The notes under the pieces are model-generated. The model was not told where the DNA came from and made no database searches. It saw nothing but the letters and a program-made list of their open reading frames with translations. Positions 36,189 through 46,592 of a stretch of 64,000 nt of DNA are shown here, piece by piece (positions within the stretch are counted from its first letter, which is position 1; every line of letters begins with the position of its first letter). Position numbers and translations under genes: made by a program. Source of the stretch: Bradymonadia bacterium (lineage in GTDB: Bacteria > Myxococcota_A > Bradymonadia > UBA7976 > UBA1532); the NCBI GenBank assembly GCA_046290225.1, contig JBKAGE010000001.1, positions 32,001 to 96,000 of the forward strand. Reading direction: 5' to 3'.

Positions 36189-36452
36189 CCAGCCCCCTGA
36201 GACATTTCGAACCAATGAAAAATGTAGAACACTATTTTGGAAGAGCCTCACGTTTTTCCCGCTGGTGTGAGTCAGATTGGGTCAATCCGACTCTGTCCCA
36301 CTCTTCCCCCCCCTGAGTGTGATTGTAGGTAGCAAAATCCTTTGATTTTCTCAATCGTGGCGACCCCCTTGTGCAGAGATTTTAGCCGCTTGTAGATCGA
36401 AGTTGGTGCTTGCTCGTTCCCCACACAGCCCACCCGAGAATCAGGAGATCTC

Positions 36453-39400
36453 ATGGCCCCCGCCCGATGGCTCTCACAGGCTCTGCTCGCTCTGGCGCTC
36501 TCTCTCTGCGCCCTTCCTGCCGCAATGGCCCAGAATGACTCTGGTGATCCCGGCGAGCAGGTGCGCCTCTCTCTGGAGCGCTATGCCAAACTGCTCGCCA
36601 CGGCTCAACGCCAGGGGGGCCCACGGGCGACGTGGAGTCCGGGCTCGGTGAGCGTCTCTTTGCCCCAGGAGGGCAAGCGCTTTGCCCGTGTTGTGGTGCA
36701 AAGCCAGCTGAAGGTGGTGGGCGAAGGCGAAGCGATCGTACCGCTGCTGCCCAACGAGGTGGTGCTGCAGAGCGCCACCTTCAACGGCAGCCAGGCTGCC
36801 CTCACGCAGTCGAGCGGCACTCACGCATTGCTCCTGGGCAAAGATCGCCGCGAGGGCTTGGTTCGGCTGGAGTATCTGGTGGCCGTGGGCCCCGACGACG
36901 CAGGGGGCAGGAGCACGCTGGTGCCGGTGCCGCCTCTTCCAGGGGCCTCACTGACGGTGGACGGCCCTGGGGCCTCAGAGGCAGAGGCCTGGCCTGCGGC
37001 GGAGATCCGTCGCAGCGGGAACCTGCAGGGCCGCATCCCCGGCGTGTCCGCGGTGGCACTGCGTTGGGGCATGGGCAGTAAGGGCCACGATGTCCGCCAG
37101 GCAAACTACGCCCTCACCCCCGACGCCAGCGGCGGCGGCATGGATGTCTCTGCTGAGCTGACGGTGGTCCTCGAAGCCCGACGGGCAAAGGTTCGCGTGG
37201 CCCCGGCTTCTGTGGCCCTGATGTCGATCACCGACAACAACCGCCCCGTGCCGGTGGTGGTGATCGACGGCTGGCATACGGCTCGGCTCCAGGGGAAGGG
37301 CAACCACACCCTCACGGCGCAGTTCCGGCTGCCCATCGACCGCACTCAGGGCCAACCTCAGGTGAGCCTGGGGCTCACTCGGGTGCCCATCACCCGGGTC
37401 GAAGTGAAGGTGCCCGGCAAGCGCTCCATCGAGTTCGCCCCCGAGGTGCCCGCCCTCACCACCACCGTGGGCAAGGGCGACAACATCCAGACCCTCGCCG
37501 TGGCCCACCTGCCCCCGAGCAACGATCTCCGCGTGAAATGGACCGAGTCCAGGGCCGCTCCGGAGTCCACGGTGCGGGTGAACACCGAGACGTTCCAGCT
37601 GCTCACGTTGCAAGAAGGCGTACTCCGCAGCCGTGTCGTCATGCAGTACGAGGTGATCCGCGGTCGCCTGAAGGAGATCCCCGTGGAGATCCCCAACGGG
37701 GTGGTGGTCTACAAGGTCACCGGTGAAGGCATCGAAGACTGGCTGCCCTTCCCCAAGACCGAGGACGAGCCCCGACAGGTGCGCATCACCCTGGGCCGTG
37801 AGCTTCAGGGCAAGACCACCATCGAGATGATCCTGGAACAGAAGGTGCCCCTCACTGAAGGCGCAGCCCTGAACCTGCCCCTGGTGAAGCCCATGAAGGT
37901 GTTCCGCGAGATGGGGGTGGTGGCGCTCTTCGACGGCGAGAAGGTGGGCTTTGCCCCGGCAAAGGCCGACGCCTTCACCAAGGTGGGGCAAGATGCCCTG
38001 CCCACCTCGATCCGTCAGACCCTCAAAGACAAGGTGAACCAGGCCTACAAGCACATCGGACCGCCCGGGAGCATCACCAGTGCCGTGGCCCCGGCGAAGG
38101 CCCGCAAGGCCCGCTTCGATGCAGTGGTGCAGTCTCTCTACACCATCAAGGAGGGTGCCCTCGCCGCCAACGCGGTGATCACGATGAATGTGAAGAGCGG
38201 CCGCAAGGACACGCTGATCTTCAGCATCCCCGAGGGTGTGACCGAGCCTCAGGTGAACGCCCCGAAGCAGAACAAGGTGGAGCAGAAGAAGGACTTCGAC
38301 GCGGGCCCGGGGCGTAAGGCCTATGAGCTGCGGTTCACGCAGGCTCTCAAGGGTGAGATCACCATCATCGTGGACTTCGAGCAGCTGCTGCCCAAGGAGC
38401 TCGGCAAGATCGCGCTCCCCGACGTGCGGGTGCACGAGGCCGAGGTGGAGAGCGGTCAGCTGGCGGTGACCGCAGACACCGAGATCGAGATCACCCCCCT
38501 CGAGAACAAAGATCTGCGCCGCATCGACATCACCGAGCTGCCCCGCTCGCTGCTCAAGCGCACCGAGCAGGATCTACGCCTGGGCTACCAGTACACCCTG
38601 GGGCCCTGGGGCCTCACCCTCGAGGTAAAGCGCAACGAGACAGTACAGACCCTCGAGGCGGTGGTCTCACGGGCCTGGCTCGACACCCACGTGCTCGAGA
38701 GTGGTTACATCGTGAGCCGGGCCACCTACGAGGTGGTGAACCAGGATCGCCAGTATCTGCGGGTGAACCTGCCTGAGGGGGCCAAGGTGCTCGGCGTCTC
38801 GGTGGGCGCACGCCAGGTGAAGGCAGTGACCGACGAGAATCAGGCCATCGCCGTGCCTCTACTCCGTCGCCGGGCGGCGCTGGTGGATATCGCCTACCAG
38901 ATCAAGGCTGATCCTCTGGGCAGCTTCACCAGCCTCGATCTGCTCAGCCCCCGCCTCGATCTGCGCATGAGCGATCTGCAGTGGCGGGTGCGCACCCCCT
39001 GGGATCTCGGCGTGCTGAGCACCGACACCGATCTCGAGCAGCTCGGCTCAGGGCAGTGGAGCGGGGTGGACCGCGCCGAGGGCGACGCCCTCGCGGCGAT
39101 TCAGATGCCCAACCAGCGCTCCGCCCGCACCCAGGTCTTCGCCTACGCGGTCCACGACGCCAACAGCCCCGCCCTCGAGGTGAGCTTCTTCATGGCCAGG
39201 ACCCTGGGCTCTGGCACCGCTGACATCTTGGGCATCCTGGGCCTGCTCGCCCTGATCTGGGTGATCCGTCTGCGCCGCAACAACGCCCAGCTCGGCGGAC
39301 TCGGCTGGACCCTGGTGGTCTTCGGCCTCGGCGCCATCGTCCTGCGTACGGTGTTCTGGGGCATGAACGTGCCTGAAGGCTTGCTCGCGCTGGCGGTCCT

Positions 39401-39470
39401 GGTGGCGGCGGCGGCCTGGCCCCGCAAGCTCCCGAAGTCAGCGCCTGCTGACGACGGTGCGTCGGCATGA
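36453..39470 (+). CDS. Large exported hypothetical protein with signal peptide and three C-terminal TM helices
   Basis: AGGAG RBS; signal peptide AMA|Q; repeated beta-rich blocks; hydrophobic C-terminus. Confidence 0.8.
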   Translation: MAPARWLSQALLALALSLCALPAAMAQNDSGDPGEQVRLSLERYAKLLATAQRQGGPRATWSPGSVSVSLPQEGKRFARVVVQSQLKVVGEGEAIVPLLPNEVVLQSATFNGSQAALTQSSGTHALLLGKDRREGLVRLEYLVAVGPDDAGGRSTLVPVPPLPGASLTVDGPGASEAEAWPAAEIRRSGNLQGRIPGVSAVALRWGMGSKGHDVRQANYALTPDASGGGMDVSAELTVVLEARRAKVRVAPASVALMSITDNNRPVPVVVIDGWHTARLQGKGNHTLTAQFRLPIDRTQGQPQVSLGLTRVPITRVEVKVPGKRSIEFAPEVPALTTTVGKGDNIQTLAVAHLPPSNDLRVKWTESRAAPESTVRVNTETFQLLTLQEGVLRSRVVMQYEVIRGRLKEIPVEIPNGVVVYKVTGEGIEDWLPFPKTEDEPRQVRITLGRELQGKTTIEMILEQKVPLTEGAALNLPLVKPMKVFREMGVVALFDGEKVGFAPAKADAFTKVGQDALPTSIRQTLKDKVNQAYKHIGPPGSITSAVAPAKARKARFDAVVQSLYTIKEGALAANAVITMNVKSGRKDTLIFSIPEGVTEPQVNAPKQNKVEQKKDFDAGPGRKAYELRFTQALKGEITIIVDFEQLLPKELGKIALPDVRVHEAEVESGQLAVTADTEIEITPLENKDLRRIDITELPRSLLKRTEQDLRLGYQYTLGPWGLTLEVKRNETVQTLEAVVSRAWLDTHVLESGYIVSRATYEVVNQDRQYLRVNLPEGAKVLGVSVGARQVKAVTDENQAIAVPLLRRRAALVDIAYQIKADPLGSFTSLDLLSPRLDLRMSDLQWRVRTPWDLGVLSTDTDLEQLGSGQWSGVDRAEGDALAAIQMPNQRSARTQVFAYAVHDANSPALEVSFFMARTLGSGTADILGILGLLALIWVIRLRRNNAQLGGLGWTLVVFGLGAIVLRTVFWGMNVPEGLLALAVLVAAAAWPRKLPKSAPADDGASA

Positions 39471-42112
39471 GCGCGGCGATGCACCACACACGACACCTCG
39501 GAGTGGCCCTGGCCCTGTGCGCACTCTGGAGCTGCGCATATGACAGCATGGCCCCTGCAGGGGGCGAAGAGGCGCCCCCAGCGACCCAGACAGCACGCTC
39601 GGCCAGAGGTGCAGCCAAGGGCAAGGCGATGCAGCCGAGGCCCGAAGAGCCCATGGTCGGCCACAGCAGCGCCCTCACTGGCGAGCCCGCCGACGCCCCC
39701 GCTGTGCCACAGGATGCTCTGGAAACGGGAGGCAGAGCGATGCCCTCTGCCAAGCCTGCCACGCCAGCGAAGCCAAAGATCGCTGCGGCCTTCGAGCCAC
39801 CGTCTCCGCCGGTGGTCGACCCCTCCGCCAACATGCCTTCTGGTGGTGATGGCAAGATGGGCTGGAACGCAGAGAAGAAGGCCGCCGACAGGAAGGCCGA
39901 AGACAAGTCGAAGGTGGCCGACTTCGAGCGTACGCCTCGAAACAAGGTGGCGGCCCCGCCGATGTTTCAGGCGAACATGCGGGGCGGAGGGCTCGACGAT
40001 CAGGCACAAGTTGGCCAAGCCCAAGGCGGTGAGGTGGCCCTGGGGCTCGTTGACGGGCGCTTCGGGCAACCTGTCAGCAGCACGGCGCAAGGGCTGAGCG
40101 GCAAGAAGAGCAACGCCGATGGCCTGACGATCGACTTGCCACCTGCTCAACTGGCCGAGCAGCCCGAGCTTGAGCGCTTTGCCCGTGTGAAGGCAGAAGC
40201 GCAGAAACGCCAGGTTGTCGAAGAGCTCGCCAAAGAGAAGCTCGCGGAGAAGTCTCAACAGGAGGTCGAGCTGCTCAAGAAGCAACGCAAGAAGAAGCGC
40301 AAGAAGAAGCGTGGCCGCCGGCAGCTGCTCTCCGACGGCGATCTCGCCGACAACACAGTGGGCAAGGATCGCATCATCGTGCTCGACGAGATCACCGTCG
40401 ACGAAGATGTGCGATACGCATGGGATCTCGAGCCTGAGGCCATAGAGGAAGAAGAGCAGGACGACGACGATGGCGAGGCCGACAACGATCAATGGCGCGC
40501 CGCCACGCGCAACAAGAACACCCAGCGCGGCCGCGGCTACAGGGGTGAAGAGGGCGAGACCCGCGGTCCCATGGGCGACCTCGCCAACCCCCTCCCCGCC
40601 CGGGACGACATGCCCCTGATCCTCGAGACCGAGAAGCCCGCAGAGTTCCTACCCCGCATGTGCTACTTCGAGAACACATACCTCGGAGGCAACGCCGCCT
40701 ACCTCGAGCAGCTGCGGCGACTCGACGCCAGTTTCCAGTCCATCGATCCTCAATCTGTGAGCCCTCGCCCTCACCGGCTGGCTCGCTTGCCAGTGCAGAG
40801 CTTCGACGCCCCCTCGAAGAGCGGCATCCAGATCGACGCCACGTTGCACACCCGCACCCTCGACGCCCCCGGGCGGGTCTTCTTGCAAATCGGCCTCAAG
40901 GGCAGCCAGCGGTACGGCTGGCGACGCCCGCCCCTCGACGTGATGCTCGTCGTGGATCAAAGCGCCCTGGACATGCGCTCGAGCGCTGGTCAGGAGGCCG
41001 TAGAGGCCTTGATTCAGCAGCTCGGTGCCGCTGATCGCGTCGGAGTGATTCTCGTGGATGCCTCGGGGGCGGCGTTGTCTACCCCGCTCAAGCCTCAGCC
41101 CGAGGTGCGCTTCTCCTTGGGCAAGCAGCTCGCAGGGGTCGAATCTGCCGGTCGCGGCGGCGCCGCCGCCCTGGCCAGCGCCCTCGATCGTGCAGGGATT
41201 CGCCTCGCCGAGGCCGCCGAAGATCAGGCGCGGATCCCCGGCAGCCGTACGGTGATCCTGCTCACGGGCCCTGGGGACGCCCACCGGGCAGATCTCGCCC
41301 AACAGGCAGCCCACCGCCTCACGCTTCAGGGCGCCGTGACGTCGGTCATCGAGGTGGGCCAGGCCGGCAGCTTCGGCGGCCGCTGGTGGTCAGTGGCCAA
41401 CGCAGGCCACGGCAACTACCACCGGGCCACCGGAGATGTGGGCACCCTCGTCAATGAGGAGCTCGAAGCCCTGAGCCGGGTCGTGGCGCGGCTGCTTCGC
41501 CTCAACATCCGCCTCGGCAAGCACGCTGATGGGGTGCGCATCCTGGGCAGCCGTGTGCTCGAGCAAAAAGAGGTGAAGGCTGTGAAGGCCCGAGAAGAGG
41601 CCACTGATCGCAGCCTGAGCGAGAGCCTCGGCGTCGACTCCGATCGCGGCGATGATGATGACGGCATCCAGACGGTGATCCCCTACTTCTACGGTGGGGA
41701 CGATCACGTGATCCTGGTGGAACTCTGGGTGGAGAAGTCCGGGCTGGTGGCCGACATCTCGCTCAAATACAAAGACATGGTCAACCTGACCAACGCCACG
41801 GCACAGACCTCGGTGAGTCTGCGCTCGGGCAACCACCCCGACACCCCGGCGCAGGCCCTCGTCAAGCGCAACATCCGGGCGTTCCAGGTGGCGGAGCACC
41901 TGGCCCAGGCGGGCAAGCTGGCCCGCACTCAGGGTGTCTACGCCGCCCGGGCGGCGCTGAACGAGGCTCGAGCCCTTGCTCGGATCCCTGCTGATCGTCG
42001 GGTGGTGGACGCCTTCGACACCATCATCAACCGCTTCCCTGGCCAGAACGCCATGGTGGCCGAGGCCCTGGAACTGGCGGCGAAGCGCCGCGTGGGTCAA
42101 TCACCGGATTGA
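39467..42112 (+). CDS. Lipoprotein with a von Willebrand factor A-like domain (degenerate MIDAS)
   Basis: Lipobox WSC; RPPLDVMLVVDQSA, DRVGVI, VILLTG and ANAGHGNYH; ATGA overlap with the upstream gene. Confidence 0.75.
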   Translation: MSAAMHHTRHLGVALALCALWSCAYDSMAPAGGEEAPPATQTARSARGAAKGKAMQPRPEEPMVGHSSALTGEPADAPAVPQDALETGGRAMPSAKPATPAKPKIAAAFEPPSPPVVDPSANMPSGGDGKMGWNAEKKAADRKAEDKSKVADFERTPRNKVAAPPMFQANMRGGGLDDQAQVGQAQGGEVALGLVDGRFGQPVSSTAQGLSGKKSNADGLTIDLPPAQLAEQPELERFARVKAEAQKRQVVEELAKEKLAEKSQQEVELLKKQRKKKRKKKRGRRQLLSDGDLADNTVGKDRIIVLDEITVDEDVRYAWDLEPEAIEEEEQDDDDGEADNDQWRAATRNKNTQRGRGYRGEEGETRGPMGDLANPLPARDDMPLILETEKPAEFLPRMCYFENTYLGGNAAYLEQLRRLDASFQSIDPQSVSPRPHRLARLPVQSFDAPSKSGIQIDATLHTRTLDAPGRVFLQIGLKGSQRYGWRRPPLDVMLVVDQSALDMRSSAGQEAVEALIQQLGAADRVGVILVDASGAALSTPLKPQPEVRFSLGKQLAGVESAGRGGAAALASALDRAGIRLAEAAEDQARIPGSRTVILLTGPGDAHRADLAQQAAHRLTLQGAVTSVIEVGQAGSFGGRWWSVANAGHGNYHRATGDVGTLVNEELEALSRVVARLLRLNIRLGKHADGVRILGSRVLEQKEVKAVKAREEATDRSLSESLGVDSDRGDDDDGIQTVIPYFYGGDDHVILVELWVEKSGLVADISLKYKDMVNLTNATAQTSVSLRSGNHPDTPAQALVKRNIRAFQVAEHLAQAGKLARTQGVYAARAALNEARALARIPADRRVVDAFDTIINRFPGQNAMVAEALELAAKRRVGQSPD

Positions 42113-42958
42113 TCGCGAGAGACACTCACCGATGCGCGCTGCGGTGTCAGCGGGTGACTCCAGGTGGGCAGCGTGACCCGCACCGGGGATGACGATGTGG
42201 TGCCCTCGGGGCAGTGCCTCGAGCATCCGCTCGGCGATGCCTGTGAACTTCTCGTCCTCTGCCCCCGTAACGAGCCACACTGGCAGCGCGAGGGGGCTCA
42301 GCGCACCCCATAGAGACGGCATGGCTCCAGTGCCCATCCCCAAGAGACTGTTGGCCAGCCCCGTCGAGCTGTTCTGACGACGCCGCACCTCCATCAGCAC
42401 GCGGTACCGCTCAGGCGTTCTGCTCTGTGTGGCGATGATGGGCACCTGCCGCCACCAATCAGCGAAGGCTTCAACCCCGATGTCTCTGATCATCCGGGCG
42501 CGCTCGGCATCGACCGCTCGCCGAGCTGCACGCTCGGGCTCCCCCTCAATGCCCGGCGTCGCCCCGATGAGCACCAGGGCCGACCATCGACGCGGATCTC
42601 GGGCCGCGAGTGTCAGCGCCACCCGGCCGCCCATGCTGTAGCCGAGCAGTACGGGCTTCACCGCACCGAAACACGCTTCGGAGATGGCGAGCACATCGTC
42701 AGCGCAACGACCGATGGCGTAGCGCTCCACCGACTCGGGGGCCTCGGTCTGGCCGTGGCCCACGAGATCCGGAGCTGCGACGGACACCCCCTCGGGCAGA
42801 TGCTCCCAGAGCGCCTCGAAGTCTTCACCGCTCCCCGTGAAGCCGTGCAACGCCACCACGGGGACGCCCTCTTCCCCCCATCGCCAGACAGCATGGCGTA
42901 CATCATCGTGAAATACGTTGATGCGCTGTTTCGTGCCTCGGAGGTATGCTCGGCTCAT
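42101..42958 (-). CDS. menH: MenH-like alpha/beta hydrolase (SHCHC synthase family)
   Basis: LHGFTGS, DLVGHG, GYSMGGRVAL, RR-x-x-D, GAEDEKF and AGHAAHLESP. Start is uncertain and no other men genes are in the window. Confidence 0.7.
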   Translation of the reverse strand: MSRAYLRGTKQRINVFHDDVRHAVWRWGEEGVPVVALHGFTGSGEDFEALWEHLPEGVSVAAPDLVGHGQTEAPESVERYAIGRCADDVLAISEACFGAVKPVLLGYSMGGRVALTLAARDPRRWSALVLIGATPGIEGEPERAARRAVDAERARMIRDIGVEAFADWWRQVPIIATQSRTPERYRVLMEVRRRQNSSTGLANSLLGMGTGAMPSLWGALSPLALPVWLVTGAEDEKFTGIAERMLEALPRGHHIVIPGAGHAAHLESPADTAARIGECLSRSIR

Positions 42959-43577
42959 GGCCTCACGGTACACCATCGAACGACCGGTCACGCACGAGAT
43001 CGAGCCCATCAAAGGCTCCCGCTTCATCGTGGTGATCGACGTGGCGCTGAGCGGCGCCGACGGCAAAGCCCTTGTAGAGCAGTGTCGGGCCCGGTGGCCC
43101 GACGCCAGCCACCATTGCTTCGCGTGGCGAGCGGGCCCCGGACCCTTCGACACCCGATGCAGCGACGACGGCGAGCCCAAGGGCACCGCGGGCATGCCCA
43201 TGCTCCGGGTGCTTGAGGGCCGGCAGATGGTCTGCACCGCTGTTGTGGTCACCCGGTGGTTCGGCGGCACCAAACTGGGCACGGGGGGCCTCGCCCGTGC
43301 CTATGGCCAGGCCACTGCCGAGGGCCTCGAGCTCGCGGGTGCCAAACCACTGCGCACCGAATACGAGCTCTATGTGCAGTGCCCCTACGATCTGATGGGG
43401 CTGGTGAACCGCATCTGCGAGCAGCATCGCATCTCGCCCACCATGATGGGCTATACCGAGCAGGTCACTTTGAAGATCAAGGTGGCCGAGGCGGATCTCC
43501 CTGCGCTGCGTGCAGACATTCAGGAAGCCACCGCCGGCCGCATCATCTTGCCCGATCCCTCCACTTCATCACGATGA
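42957..43577 (+). CDS. yigZ: YigZ/IMPACT family protein
   Basis: IKGSRFI, DASHHCFAW, SDDGEPKGTAG and VVTRWFGGTKLGTGGLARAY. Confidence 0.93.
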   Translation: MASRYTIERPVTHEIEPIKGSRFIVVIDVALSGADGKALVEQCRARWPDASHHCFAWRAGPGPFDTRCSDDGEPKGTAGMPMLRVLEGRQMVCTAVVVTRWFGGTKLGTGGLARAYGQATAEGLELAGAKPLRTEYELYVQCPYDLMGLVNRICEQHRISPTMMGYTEQVTLKIKVAEADLPALRADIQEATAGRIILPDPSTSSR

Positions 43578-43595
43578 CACCACTGTGAGGCATTC

Positions 43596-44663
43596 ATGAG
43601 TCGTCGCCGCATCTTCAACGCCGGGCCCACGGCCCTCCCCCTCCCCGTGCTCCAGCGCGCGCAGGCTGACCTGCTCGATTATCAAGGCCAGGGTCTCTCG
43701 GTGATGGAGATGAGCCATCGCAGCCCGGGCTTCCAGGCCATCTTCGACGAGTCGGTGGCCGCCCTCACCGAGGTGCTGAGCATCCCCGACACCCACGAGG
43801 TGTTGTTCCTACAGGGAGGCGCCAGCCTGCAGTTCGCCATGCTGGCCTACAACCTCGGCGACGGCGGCGCCTACTTGAACACCGGAGCGTGGTCCACCAA
43901 GGCCCTCAAAGAGGCGAACATCCTCGGCAAGGGCTCGGAGATCTGGAGCAGCGCCGACACGGGCTTCAACGCCGTGCCTCAACCCGACGAAGCCCTCAAT
44001 CTGCCCTCGGACACCACCTACCTGCACTACACCAGCAACAACACGATCTACGGCACACAATACAGCGCGCCGCCCAAGGTCGATGTGCCGTTGGTGTGCG
44101 ACATGTCCAGCGACATCATGTCGAGGCCCGTGGACATCGGGGCCCACGACTTCATCTACGCCGGAGCCCAGAAGAACGCCGGCCCCTCAGGGGTGACCAT
44201 CATCATCGCCAGGAAGGAGATCCTGCACGGGGCTCCAAAGCGCGAGGGCGTGCCCACGATGTTGCGCTACGACACCCACGCCAAGAAGGGGTCGATGTTC
44301 AACACCCCGAACACCTTCGGCATCTACCTGATCGGCCTGGTGGCTCGATGGGTGCTCGATCAGGGGGGCGTCGAAGCCATGGCCCGGCTCAACACCCAGA
44401 AGTCGAGCTTGCTCTACGACATCTTCGACGATCGTGCCGACATCTTCGCCGGCCACGCCCAGCGCCACAGCCGCTCGCAGATGAACGTCACGTTCACCAT
44501 GCGAGACGACAGCGCCACCCCAGCCCTGCTCGCCGCAGCAGCTGATCGGGGCATCATCGGTCTCAAGGGGCACCGAAGCGTCGGTGGCCTGCGGGCGTCC
44601 ATCTACAACGCCGTGCCCCTCGAAGACGTCGAGGTGCTCGCCGAGCTGCTCCGCAGCGTGTGA
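43596..44663 (+). CDS. serC: Phosphoserine aminotransferase
   Basis: FNAGP, EMSHRS, FLQGGASLQF, DMSSD, YAGAQKNAGPSG, NTP and GHRSVGGLRASIYNA. Confidence 0.97.
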   Translation: MSRRRIFNAGPTALPLPVLQRAQADLLDYQGQGLSVMEMSHRSPGFQAIFDESVAALTEVLSIPDTHEVLFLQGGASLQFAMLAYNLGDGGAYLNTGAWSTKALKEANILGKGSEIWSSADTGFNAVPQPDEALNLPSDTTYLHYTSNNTIYGTQYSAPPKVDVPLVCDMSSDIMSRPVDIGAHDFIYAGAQKNAGPSGVTIIIARKEILHGAPKREGVPTMLRYDTHAKKGSMFNTPNTFGIYLIGLVARWVLDQGGVEAMARLNTQKSSLLYDIFDDRADIFAGHAQRHSRSQMNVTFTMRDDSATPALLAAAADRGIIGLKGHRSVGGLRASIYNAVPLEDVEVLAELLRSV

Positions 44664-44670
44664 GGTCATC

Positions 44671-45006
44671 ATGGGAGAAGACGATCAGGAGGAGGCGACC
44701 GTCATCGAAGAGATGGGGGTGGCCGAAGACGTCGAAGGCTATATCGACAACCTGGAGTGGTACGACTGGACGGCCATCTCCGTAGCAGGTGTCGTGCTGC
44801 TGTATTCCCTGGTGAAGTCCTCCAGCTTCGACGTCATCGTCGTCCGCGGTGGGGTTCTGGTGGGGCTCACCTGTCTCGTGCTGACCCGCTGGACCGACAA
44901 CAGCATCTTCAACTGGGCCTACATCTATCTGGGTGTCAGCCTGTTCATGTGGATCTTCCGCCCAGTGCTCGGGCAGTTCGTCTCGAACACCCCAAATCGT
45001 CTGTAG
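44671..45006 (+). CDS. Small hypothetical membrane protein
   Basis: ATG 7 bp after the serC stop with a GAGG RBS; acidic N-terminus followed by about 3 TM segments. Confidence 0.65.
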   Translation: MGEDDQEEATVIEEMGVAEDVEGYIDNLEWYDWTAISVAGVVLLYSLVKSSSFDVIVVRGGVLVGLTCLVLTRWTDNSIFNWAYIYLGVSLFMWIFRPVLGQFVSNTPNRL

Positions 45007-45163
45007 ATATTCTACCCAGTGCATAAACACCCTGCGCCCCTCGTCGGGCCGGCGCCTCCAGCGCCAGACGGGTGTTCCACTCAAACGAGACCGAATCTAT
45101 CAAAGCCCCTCTGAGCAGCTTTCTGGAGTGTTGAACATCAACGGCTCGATCAGGGAGTAGCCT

Positions 45164-46579
45164 TTGAGAATCGCGATTCAATTGTGCCTGTCTTCGCTCT
45201 TGTTCGGGTGCGCGGCCACCAGCTACGACGACGAGCCAACTGAATCAGCGCTTTTTCTTCAGAGCGAAAAGCAATCCCTGGTGAAGCGATTGCACGACTG
45301 GGCTGAAGACAACGCTCGCAAGACGTGCCCGCGCCCAGTGCTGCACGGACAGCCCACCCCCGGAAACGGTGAAGAGGCGCTTCTCGATGCCATCAGCCAT
45401 GATGGGCCCAACGCCCAATGTTATGAGGCGCTCAAGTCTGTTCGAGAGAAACAGCCCAAGACCTCGTACTCAGTCTCCGACATCTCCCTCACTGATCGGC
45501 TGAGCGCCGACGAGCGTTCGAAGGTGTTGGCAGCGTGCGCCTCGGTGCCTGATCAGATCACCCGCTTCGCCGCCTATGAGCAGATGTGCAACCCCATCAT
45601 GCAAGGCCGGCGCTCGGCACGCACCGACAACACTCGGAGTCAAGCGATTCAGCTGGCCCAAGCCACGGCACTCCATGGTCGCCACCTTGCCACGAAAGAT
45701 CCGACAGCGGCCCTGAAGTTGCTCCTCGACGGTGTGCGGGTGCAGCACGATCTCGAGCGGGGCGGCCGTCCTTTTCTCACGGCAGCGCTCAGCACGCATG
45801 CCACAAGATCTCTCGGCGCAGCGATCACCGTCGTCCTCGATGATCCTCGACTACAGACCGCCGACCTCGTCGAAGCTGAGCGCATGATCGATGTGCTACT
45901 CGACACTCTGCCTCCGGTGGGCGGTGTCGCAATAGACGAGCGACGTGACGTCGCCTACTCCATCGCCTTCATCGAAGATCAGCCCGCCAACCAGCCATCG
46001 AAGCCAGGCGTCGCCGACATCAAGCCAGATCGCTGGCCCTTCCTCATGTACTCCGACGAGTCTGCAGAGCTCCACACCCGTCTGTGCCCACATGAAGCGA
46101 CGCTCGAGGCGTGTCTGTCGGGGCTCGGTGATGCGGCGAAGCTCTACGACGAGATCGCCTCACGCCGAGACAAAGCCGTGCTCGAAGCCGGCGCCTCTAC
46201 ACCGGCTCGATACATTGAAAAGCGCCGCGGAGCCCTGCGACGCCTCAACGAACTCACCTCACCAGACATCAACTGGCTGCGGCAAATCGCCCGTCGAGAA
46301 GTGATCTTGAGGGCGCTGAAGCTTCAGGCGGCCACCCATCGACTCGCAGGGGGCAATGGTCGATGTCCGCAAGGCGATGCACGAAACAGCGACACGCGCA
46401 CAGCTCTGATGCGCATCCCCTCCATCGGCGACACCTTGCAGGTGCGCCCCCGTGACGATCAGGCAACTGGAGCGTGGTTCTACCTGCCAGGGCAATTGTT
46501 GGGGGACGATGCTGTAGACAAGATGGTCGTGGGCGGTATCCGCTGCGCACCTGAGAGTGCACTCGGCGCCCCACAGTAA
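45164..46579 (+). CDS. Hypothetical lipoprotein, alpha-helical and Cys-containing
   Basis: GGGAG RBS before TTG; lipobox LFGC; long uninterrupted ORF. Confidence 0.7.
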   Translation: MRIAIQLCLSSLLFGCAATSYDDEPTESALFLQSEKQSLVKRLHDWAEDNARKTCPRPVLHGQPTPGNGEEALLDAISHDGPNAQCYEALKSVREKQPKTSYSVSDISLTDRLSADERSKVLAACASVPDQITRFAAYEQMCNPIMQGRRSARTDNTRSQAIQLAQATALHGRHLATKDPTAALKLLLDGVRVQHDLERGGRPFLTAALSTHATRSLGAAITVVLDDPRLQTADLVEAERMIDVLLDTLPPVGGVAIDERRDVAYSIAFIEDQPANQPSKPGVADIKPDRWPFLMYSDESAELHTRLCPHEATLEACLSGLGDAAKLYDEIASRRDKAVLEAGASTPARYIEKRRGALRRLNELTSPDINWLRQIARREVILRALKLQAATHRLAGGNGRCPQGDARNSDTRTALMRIPSIGDTLQVRPRDDQATGAWFYLPGQLLGDDAVDKMVVGGIRCAPESALGAPQ

Positions 46580-46592
46580 AGCATCACCCCGC

